Part shown: in pieces, positions 52,970 through 59,692 of the stretch
Layout of the letters: each line of letters starts with the position of its first letter
Numbering within the stretch: position 1 is the first letter of the stretch
From: Planctomycetota bacterium
GTDB lineage: Bacteria; Planctomycetota; UBA11346
DNA: 64,000 nucleotides
Reading direction: 5' to 3'
NCBI GenBank assembly: GCA_022841245.1
Contig: JALHRW010000002.1
Coordinates: 3,362 to 67,361, forward strand
Notes under the pieces: generated by a model
Database searches by the model: none
What the model was told of the DNA's origin: nothing
What the model saw: only the letters and a program-made list of their open reading frames with translations
Made by a program: the position numbers and the translations under genes

Positions 52970-54724
52970 TCAGGGCCTGTTCTGGCCGGCGTCGCGGCCG
53001 TAGTTGGTGCGCCATGGCGACTTCGCCGGCAGACGGCCCTCGTCGTCGAGGACCACCGCGCCGCTGGCTCCGCTCATGTCGAAGCAGACTTTCAGCTCGC
53101 TCCACTTCACCCGCTTGGCCGACCAGCCGACGACCAGCTCGGCAGCCTCATCGACCAGGTTGCCATCCCACCAGACATGGCGGTGGGAATTGGCGAAGCC
53201 GGCGTCGGGCGAGACGCGATTGAGGTGCGGCTTCTCGCCGCCGGGCTTCTGCTCAGGCACATCTATGACGTTGGCCCAGGCGAAGATCAGACGCTGCTCG
53301 CGCGGGTTGTCGCGGATCGCGGCGAGGCTGTCAGGATCGGCTGGCCCGGCCAGCTTGCGGCCGGCTGCATCCAGCTTGCCGGGGCCGCCCGTCGCCCCGC
53401 CCATCAGCGACACGCCGCCGCGGATGGCGTTGTGGTGCAGCCAGAGGTTGCGCAGCCAGCCCGGCTGGGCGCCCAGGTGCAGATCGCCATCGATCCAGTT
53501 GTGGTGGATGTCCAGCCCATCGTTGCAGCCCTGGGCGGCGATCATGACGCCGCCGCGGATGACGTTGTTGCGGTAGGTGTTGTCCCAGCCGTTGTCCTTG
53601 TCGAGGATGGCCATGCCGCGGGATATGCGCTCGAAGCGGGTATCCTCGACCAGGCAGCCCTGCGTGGTGTACCACACCAGCCCGCCGCCGTGCCAGGCCC
53701 CTTCGCGGACGTTGTGGTAGGGCCGGTCGGTGATGGCGCAGTCCTGCACGACCATATGGCGATACGGCTTGACCCCCGGCCGCTTGCCGAAGGGGAAGCT
53801 TTCCCCCGTCTCGGTCTTCTCGTACTTCCGATCGGCGGCGAAGCCGAAGATGAACGAGGAGTTCTCAGCGTAATCGCCATAGAGATGGTGCATGTTGCAG
53901 CGCCACCAGGTCAGGCGCTCGCGATTGCCCTCCCACATCACGAACATGTAGTAGGCCGCGTTCTTCACTTCCAGGCCGTCGAACAGCAGATCGTCGATCT
54001 GATGGTCGATGGAGATGCGATGGCCGTAGCCTTGGGTGGTGACGACATCCTTCCTCTTGGCGTCGACCTCGGCCTGCTCCGCCGCCAGCGCCGCCTTCCA
54101 CTTCTCCTCGGTCCAACCGAGATCGATCACCGGCTTCTCGCCGGGCCAGGCCCGCCAGCGGCGCGGCGAGGTACGCTGGATGCCGAGGACGCCGTCGTTC
54201 TTCTTCCCCTCTTTGGCCGGAGCATCGATCGTGTAGGTGCCGCCGCGCAGGTAGAGCGTGCTGTTCGCCGGATCCTCGACCGGCTGCGCCGCGCGCGTCA
54301 GCGTCTTCCACGGCTTGGCGAAGGTGCCTGCATGGGCGTCGTCGCCGTCCGGAGCGACGAAGTGGAAGCCTGAAGTGCCCACGGTGATGGTGAAGGACAG
54401 CTCGGCCGACCGCTCGGCCAGATCCGTCGCCGTCACCGTCACCTCGACAGGACCCTCAGCCGCCGGTGCCTTCCAGGCGATGGCGCCGCTACGCGGATCG
54501 ATGGTCATGCCCGCTGGCGACGCCCGCAGGGCGAAGCGGTACGGCCAGGTGCCGCCAGTCACCGCGGCCCGCGTCTCATAGAGCGCGCCGGGATAGGCCC
54601 GGGGCGGCGGCTGGGTGATGAAACCCGGCTTGGCCAGAGCCGGTGAGTCCTCGGGCCGGACGTACCGTCCGTCGTCCTGGGCGGCGAGGGTCAGACAGGC
54701 GAGCAGCAGGAGTACGTAATGCAT
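52970..54724 (-). CDS. secreted Ig-like plus beta-helix protein (family A)
   Basis: Within ORF 52970..54739. ATG at 54724 gives the signal peptide MHYVLLLLACLTLAAQ. The upstream in-frame ATG at 54739 lies inside the GGTGCACC element. FHFVAPDGDDAHAGTFAKPWKTL. Confidence 0.7.
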   Translation of the reverse strand: MHYVLLLLACLTLAAQDDGRYVRPEDSPALAKPGFITQPPPRAYPGALYETRAAVTGGTWPYRFALRASPAGMTIDPRSGAIAWKAPAAEGPVEVTVTATDLAERSAELSFTITVGTSGFHFVAPDGDDAHAGTFAKPWKTLTRAAQPVEDPANSTLYLRGGTYTIDAPAKEGKKNDGVLGIQRTSPRRWRAWPGEKPVIDLGWTEEKWKAALAAEQAEVDAKRKDVVTTQGYGHRISIDHQIDDLLFDGLEVKNAAYYMFVMWEGNRERLTWWRCNMHHLYGDYAENSSFIFGFAADRKYEKTETGESFPFGKRPGVKPYRHMVVQDCAITDRPYHNVREGAWHGGGLVWYTTQGCLVEDTRFERISRGMAILDKDNGWDNTYRNNVIRGGVMIAAQGCNDGLDIHHNWIDGDLHLGAQPGWLRNLWLHHNAIRGGVSLMGGATGGPGKLDAAGRKLAGPADPDSLAAIRDNPREQRLIFAWANVIDVPEQKPGGEKPHLNRVSPDAGFANSHRHVWWDGNLVDEAAELVVGWSAKRVKWSELKVCFDMSGASGAVVLDDEGRLPAKSPWRTNYGRDAGQNRP

Positions 54725-54728
54725 GTTA

Positions 54729-54747
54729 GGTGCCCCCATGGTGCACC
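54729..54747 (-). promoter_or_regulatory. GGTGCACC element upstream of the second beta-helix operon
   Basis: The minus strand reads GGTGCACCATGGGGGCACC (54747-54729), then TAAC, then the ATG at 54724. Confidence 0.5.
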
Positions 54748-54817
54748 GTTTGTGTCCTCAATCAACGTCTGAGCCCAGGGCTTGTGACCCTATGGCCCTT
54801 AAACCAATGCAACTACA

Positions 54818-55226
54818 TCAGATGCGATAAACCAAACGGCTGCCCGGGACCACGGCCTCGTCCCATTCCAGACGGAGTCTGCGCTCGAGCAGCCCTGGCT
54901 GGGCGGCGAGCAGCGCGAGTTCGCGGCGGACGATGCCGCGCATGGCCTCGGGGTCGAGCGGCTGGAAGGCGATGATGCGGTCGATGCGGTTGACGAACTC
55001 GGGACGCCAGGCCGACAGCGCCAGGCGCGGGTCGGGCACCGACGCGGCACCGAAACCGACCGGCGGCGAGGCGTCGGCGCCGAGGTTCGCTGTCATCACC
55101 ACGATACTGCTGCGGAAGCTGGCGACGCGTCCCAGCGCGTCGGCCAGGCGGCCGCCAGCCGCTGCGCGCACAACGCCTGGCAGGCCGCCTGCGGATCGCT
55201 GTCGCGGGAGATATAAGCTGACCGTT
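54818..55226 (-). pseudogene. fragment of a ClpA/ClpB-type AAA+ ATPase (part of the D2 module only)
   Basis: In ORF 54818..55411, the stretch GGRLADALGRVASFRSSIVVMTANLGA ... RPEFVNRIDRIIAFQPLDPEAMRGIVRREL matches the Clp D2 sensor region (DGRLTD..GR.VDF.NT.IIMTSN.G ... PEFLNRID.II.F..L). There are no Walker motifs or N-terminal parts. Upstream, the frame runs into the heptamer array. Downstream, homology stops about 10 codons before the stop. Confidence 0.6.
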
Positions 55227-55317
55227 GGGCGCTGGGCCCTGGTCGCTGGGCGCTGGGCGCTGGGCGCTGGGCGCTGGGCGCTGGGCGCTGGGCGCTGGGC
55301 GCTGGGCGCTGGTCCGC
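55227..55317 (+). repeat. heptanucleotide tandem array R1, unit GGGCGCT (13 units, 9 of them perfect at 55248-55310)
   Basis: Counted directly: GGGCGCT GGGCCCT GGTCGCT, then 9 x GGGCGCT, then GGTCCGC. Confidence 0.95.
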
Positions 55318-55428
55318 AAGCGTAGGATGAAGCTGCAGTTCGGCTCCTTGCTACACCTACCTTACCGCACGTGCTCGGCATCAAGGCGATGGTCTCGGAA
55401 CCCCATACCACGCGCAGGAGCAGGCCAC

Positions 55429-55491
55429 CCAGCGGCCAGCAGCCAGCAGCCAGCAGCCAGCGGCCAGCGGCCAGCAGCCAGCAGCCAGCGG
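55429..55491 (+). repeat. heptanucleotide tandem array R2, unit CCAGC(G/A)G (9 units, 63 bp), approximately the reverse complement of R1
   Basis: Counted directly: CCAGCGG, CCAGCAG x3, CCAGCGG x2, CCAGCAG x2, CCAGCGG. The reverse complement C(C/T)GCTGG matches the R1 phase GCGCTGG at 5-6 of 7 positions. Confidence 0.95.
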
Positions 55492-55593
55492 CATGCCTTT
55501 CGAGACTGCAAGGCTAGCCGCAACGACCCGGGCAATGCAATTGACCCAGGGGCAGCCCCCTCTATTCTCCCCGGCCCTTCTGAGGAAGCTCAT

Positions 55594-56865
55594 ATGCCAA
55601 CCGCCGCGCTGCCCCCCTGCGCCCAGGTCCTCGCCGCCGCCGAGAAACCGACCCCGGCCCAGATCCGCCGACTGCGCATCGCCGTCGGGCAGGATGTCGA
55701 GGAACGCGCCCGCCTCGCCGCCGCCGTCGCCGATGGCCACGGCTTCGGTAAGGACAAGTCGCGCCTGGCGATCGCCAACTTCGCGCTCGGCCGCTTCGCC
55801 GACGCCGAAGACCTGCTCGACCCCAAGGACGCCTACAGCGCCCTGGTCCTCGGCCTGATGGAAGTCGAACTGGCCGAGCACGCCGAAGCCAAGACCCATC
55901 TGACCGCTGCCGGCAAGAGCATCCCCGAGGCCAAGGCCGAACTGGTCCGCGCCCATCTCGCCGCCGGCAGCCCCGAGGACGCCGAGAAGGCCCTCGCCGG
56001 CGTGCCCAACGGCGCCGACCGCGAGTACCTCGCCGGCGCCATCGCCGAAGCCAAGGGCAACGTCGAACCGGCGATCAAGGCCCTTGAAGCCGCCCTCGAA
56101 GCCGACGGCGAGCACATCGAAGCCGCCTTCAAGCTCGGCGTCCTGCTCGACCGCATCGGCGACGACGAACTCGCCGCCGAGCACTACCTGGTCTGCGCCG
56201 ACGCCTGGCCGGCCTACCTGCCCGGCGCGCTCAACCTGGGCATCCTCTACGAGGAGCGCGGCGAGCCGAACGCGGCGATCGACTGCTTCCGCCAGGTGCT
56301 GGCCTACAACCCGCGCCACCGCCGGGCCCTGACCCTGCTGCGCGACGCCAAGAGCAGCCGCTCGATGCACTACGACGAGAAGGAGGAGCGTGAGCGCGAG
56401 CGCATGGAGAAGATCATGCGCACCAGCGTCAACGACTTCGAACTGTCGGTGCGTTCGCGCAACTGCCTGGCGAAGATGAACATCTTCACCCTCGGCGACC
56501 TGCTGCGCATCTCCGAGAGCGAGATGCTCTCGTACAAGAACTTCGGCGAGACCTCGCTGAAGGAAGTGCGCGAGATGCTGGCCGCGCGCAACCTGCGCCT
56601 GGGCATGTTCCGCGACGAGTCCGAGCACGGCCCGACCAAGGCCGACCAGAAGATGCTCGGCGAGAGCGTCGACAAGCTCGAGCTGACCCCGCGCGCCGTC
56701 CAGGTCGTCACCGACCTCGGCATCACCCGCATCGGCGACCTGGTGCAGTACACCGACCTCGACCTGTACAAGGCCAAGGGGTCGGGCCAGAGCGTGGTGC
56801 AAGAGCTTTCGACGGCCCTTGGCGCCTGCGGCGTCAACCTCCGCAAGCCCGACGTCAGGTTCTGA
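55594..56865 (+). CDS. TPR-repeat protein with two RNA polymerase alpha-subunit C-terminal-domain-like (HhH) modules
   Basis: Within ORF 55225..56865. ATG at 55594 follows GAGGAAG. FELSVRSRNCLAKMNIFTLGDLLRISESEMLSYKNFGETSLKEVREMLAARNLRLGM closely matches the RpoA alpha-CTD. A second, weaker copy is LELTPRAVQVVTDLGITRIGDLVQ. The N-terminal half is TPR-like. Confidence 0.8.
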   Translation: MPTAALPPCAQVLAAAEKPTPAQIRRLRIAVGQDVEERARLAAAVADGHGFGKDKSRLAIANFALGRFADAEDLLDPKDAYSALVLGLMEVELAEHAEAKTHLTAAGKSIPEAKAELVRAHLAAGSPEDAEKALAGVPNGADREYLAGAIAEAKGNVEPAIKALEAALEADGEHIEAAFKLGVLLDRIGDDELAAEHYLVCADAWPAYLPGALNLGILYEERGEPNAAIDCFRQVLAYNPRHRRALTLLRDAKSSRSMHYDEKEERERERMEKIMRTSVNDFELSVRSRNCLAKMNIFTLGDLLRISESEMLSYKNFGETSLKEVREMLAARNLRLGMFRDESEHGPTKADQKMLGESVDKLELTPRAVQVVTDLGITRIGDLVQYTDLDLYKAKGSGQSVVQELSTALGACGVNLRKPDVRF

Positions 56866-56887
56866 TCCCAGGATCAGCCTGACCTCT

Positions 56888-56922
56888 GCACCCCAGGCCA
56901 ATGGCCTGGGGTGCTTCGTTTC
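56888..56922 (+). terminator. rho-independent terminator after the TPR/alpha-CTD gene
   Basis: Perfect 12-bp stem GCACCCCAGGCC / GGCCTGGGGTGC with a 3-nt loop (AAT), followed by TTCGTTTC. Confidence 0.7.
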
Positions 56923-57151
56923 AACCGTTCGGAGCGTGTGTACCGCTATGACGGCGCAGGCGTAAGCCGAGCACGTCCCCGCCGACATCGTCCGCGCAAT
57001 ACGCGAGCGCGTGAAGCGCAAGCGGGGGGCTCCGGGACGCGGCCAGCAGTCCCGCAGGGGGTCGCGGGGGACGCCCCGCGTCGGGGGTCCTAGGGGGGCG
57101 AGACCCCTAGATGCAGACGTGCCCCGAAAACGGAATACTACGCCGCCTCCC

Positions 57152-58534
57152 CTACCGCACGGCCTCTGCAATCATCTCAAACAGCTTTTCCCGAAGCGCC
57201 GAGCCCCATCCCCAGTTCGAAGCAGTCCCCTGGCCGAGTAGAATGGCAAAGGCCAGGCGTCCACCGCGTCCGTCGACGTAGCCGGCGAGGCAGCTGGCGG
57301 TCGCTAGCGTGCCCGTCTTGACCTGACCGGTGACGCCGGCGTGGGGCTTATCCTTGAGGCTGGCCGCGAACAGCGGTCCGAAGCGGTGCGCGTCCATTGA
57401 CGCGAGCAGCCGGCACAGGGCCCGAGCGCTGGCCACGTTGCCGTAGCTCAGACCTGAACCGTCGAGAACGGTCAGGGTGGCGACGTCCTCGCCCATGAGC
57501 GGCGCACAGGCCTCGCGCACAGCGCGGGAACCAGCAGCGACCGAACCCTCGCCGAGGCGACGGAAGCCGAGGATGCGCAGGATCTGCTCGCCGTAGAAGT
57601 TCTGGCTGCGCTGGTTCATCAGCGTCAGCGCCGGGACCAGTTCGGAACGCTGGTCGACCAGCTTCGCCCCCAGACGCGGATCGACCGGCCCGATGCGCAC
57701 CTTCCCGGTCAGCTGGATCCCGGCGTCGCGCAGGGCGGCGGCGAAGGCGTCGCCGGCGAGCAGATCCGGATCCTCGTGGATCGCGACCGGGAACCACGCC
57801 GTGGCACGGGCGAAGCTGCCGCCCACGGTCACCACGTTGGCCTCGGCGGCGCGATCGACCATGAACCTGGCGTCGCCCGAGCCGGCCGCGGTGCGCGTAC
57901 GGTTCTCGATCTGGATGCGCGGGCTGCGCGGGCGCGTCTCGATCCGGCACGACTCGCCCGGGGCGGTCGGCACGGCGCGCACATCGATGCAGTTGTCGTT
58001 GTAGGCGAAGGCGCTGGCCGGGGCACTGAACCATTTGGTCAGGTTGCCGCCATCGCTGGGGTAGCTCGCCGGGCGGATCGGGCCGCGGAACAGGCGGTTG
58101 TCGATCACCAGGTCGCCATCGATGCGGGTGATGCCGGCGACGCGGATCCGCTCGGCCCATTGCCGCAGGCAGCGTTCCGGCTCGCCGTTCCAGAAGTGCT
58201 CGTCGAGGGTCGGATCGCCACCGCCGATCAACCCCAGCCCGGGGATGGTGGCCCCCTGCTGCGGGCCAAGAGCGTGCAGCCGAGTGATGAAGCGGAAATC
58301 GGGGGTCAGCTCAGTCAGGGCCGCGGCTGCAACGAGGAGCTTGGTGGTGGAGGCCAGCCGCAGCGGTCCTGGGTCGCCGGCGATCACCACCCAGGCCGAG
58401 GTCCGGCAGTTCCACACCGCCACGGCAGCCTCGCCCCCGCGCGGAACCTGCGCCATCGCGGCCCGCAGGCGGTCATCGAGGTCAACCGCCCCGACCAGGC
58501 TGGCAAGACATAAGGCCAGGATGGACCGCTGCAT
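57152..58534 (-). CDS. dacB: D-alanyl-D-alanine carboxypeptidase/endopeptidase (PBP4, peptidase S13)
   Basis: Within ORF 57152..58588. ATG at 58534 gives the signal peptide MQRSILALCLASLVGA. SxxK motif ASTTKLL. KTG motif QVKTGTL. Overall PBP4-like length. Confidence 0.75.
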   Translation of the reverse strand: MQRSILALCLASLVGAVDLDDRLRAAMAQVPRGGEAAVAVWNCRTSAWVVIAGDPGPLRLASTTKLLVAAAALTELTPDFRFITRLHALGPQQGATIPGLGLIGGGDPTLDEHFWNGEPERCLRQWAERIRVAGITRIDGDLVIDNRLFRGPIRPASYPSDGGNLTKWFSAPASAFAYNDNCIDVRAVPTAPGESCRIETRPRSPRIQIENRTRTAAGSGDARFMVDRAAEANVVTVGGSFARATAWFPVAIHEDPDLLAGDAFAAALRDAGIQLTGKVRIGPVDPRLGAKLVDQRSELVPALTLMNQRSQNFYGEQILRILGFRRLGEGSVAAGSRAVREACAPLMGEDVATLTVLDGSGLSYGNVASARALCRLLASMDAHRFGPLFAASLKDKPHAGVTGQVKTGTLATASCLAGYVDGRGGRLAFAILLGQGTASNWGWGSALREKLFEMIAEAVR

Positions 58535-58585
58535 GTGGCGGGATGATCGGGCCGAAGCGGCAGACGGCAACCGGCGGCCGGCGGC

Positions 58586-58612
58586 CATTCATCATTCCTT
58601 CATATGAAGATG
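58586..58612. promoter_or_regulatory. candidate control site in the dacB/pstS divergent region (TTCAT direct repeats 11 bp apart; 12-bp palindrome CTTCATATGAAG)
   Basis: CATTCATCATTCCTTCATATGAAGATG read directly. TTCAT occurs at 58588 and 58599. The palindrome spans 58598-58609. The site lies about 75 nt upstream of the pstS ATG. Confidence 0.3.
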
Positions 58613-58683
58613 GACAAGCCGGGCATTCACATCTTCTGAACCTGCGGGGCGACCTTGCCGCCTCACCCATCCACGGAGACCAC

Positions 58684-59640
58684 ATGTCCCGGACCCCCTT
58701 CGCCTGCGCCGGCATCCTCGCCATCGCCTGCACCGTCAACCTCTCGGCCGCGGTCGAACTCGACCCCAAGCTGCCCGAATACACCAAGGTCGCCGGCGTC
58801 AGCGGCAACCTGAATTCGATCGGCTCGGACACCCTCAACAACCTCATGACCCTGTGGGCCGAAGGGTTCCAGGAGATCTACCCCAACGTCAACATCCAGA
58901 TCGAAGGCAAGGGCTCGTCCACCGCCCCGCCAGCGATGATCGAAGGCACCGCCCAGCTCGGCCCGATGAGCCGTGAGATGAGCTCGAAGGAGATCGACGC
59001 CTTCGAGAAGAAGTACGGTTACAAGCCGACCGGCATCAAGGTGGCGATCGACGCCCTGGCCGTGTTCGTGCACAAGGACAACCCGGTCAAGGGCCTGAGC
59101 ATGGCGCAGGTTGACGCGATCTTCTCCAAGACGCGCAAAGCCGGCTTCGCCAGCGACATCACCGACTGGGGCATCGTCGCTCCGGAGTGGCAGGGCAAGG
59201 CACTGTCGCTCTACGGCCGCAACTCGGCCTCGGGCACCTACGGTTTCTTCAAGGAAGTCGCGCTGAAGAAGGGCGACTACAAGCCCACCGTCAAGGAACA
59301 GCCGGGGTCGTCGGCCGTCGTCCAGGGCGTCGCCAGCGACCTCGCCGGTGTCGGCTACTCCGGCATCGGCTATGTCACCTCCGGCGTCCGTCCGCTCCCG
59401 CTCTCAGCCAAGGATGGCGGTGAGATGATGGAGCCGAGCTACGAGAACTGCCTGTCGAACAAGTATCCGCTCGGCCGCTTCCTGTTCGTGTATGTCAACA
59501 AGAAGCCGAATGAGCCGCTGCCGACCCTGGTGCACGAGTTCGTCCGCTTCGTCGAGTCGAAGCAGGGCCAGGAGGTCGTCGTCAAGGATGGCTACTACCC
59601 GCTCAAGGCCGAGATGACCTTTACCGCCGGCGCCAAGTAG
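58684..59640 (+). CDS. pstS: phosphate ABC transporter substrate-binding protein
   Basis: Within ORF 58543..59640. ATG at 58684 follows GGAGA. It has a signal peptide. PstS-family motifs: SIGSDTLNNLMTLWAEGF, IEGKGSSTAPPAMIEGTAQLGPMSREM and YGRNSASGTYGFF. Confidence 0.85.
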   Translation: MSRTPFACAGILAIACTVNLSAAVELDPKLPEYTKVAGVSGNLNSIGSDTLNNLMTLWAEGFQEIYPNVNIQIEGKGSSTAPPAMIEGTAQLGPMSREMSSKEIDAFEKKYGYKPTGIKVAIDALAVFVHKDNPVKGLSMAQVDAIFSKTRKAGFASDITDWGIVAPEWQGKALSLYGRNSASGTYGFFKEVALKKGDYKPTVKEQPGSSAVVQGVASDLAGVGYSGIGYVTSGVRPLPLSAKDGGEMMEPSYENCLSNKYPLGRFLFVYVNKKPNEPLPTLVHEFVRFVESKQGQEVVVKDGYYPLKAEMTFTAGAK

Positions 59641-59662
59641 TCGGCAGCCGACTCCACGACTG

Positions 59663-59690
59663 CTCCGGGGCAGGTCAGCCTGCCCCGGAG
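59663..59690 (+). terminator. strong stem-loop between pstS and pstC (attenuator or mRNA-stabilising hairpin)
   Basis: Perfect 12-bp stem CTCCGGGGCAGG / CCTGCCCCGGAG with loop TCAG. There is no T-tract, so it is probably a partial terminator or processing/stability element. Confidence 0.5.
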
Positions 59691-59692
59691 CG

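Noticed and set aside
55227-55491. The heptamer arrays read as a CRISPR array or as a coding heptad-repeat protein (ORFs 55225..56865 N-terminal part, 54813..55319, 54933..55325)
   Set aside because: The units are 7 bp and contiguous with no spacers, so this is not CRISPR. Seven is not a multiple of three, and all three frames on both strands stay open and give different peptide repeats. That argues against selection for a protein product. The real CDS starts at 55594 with an SD.
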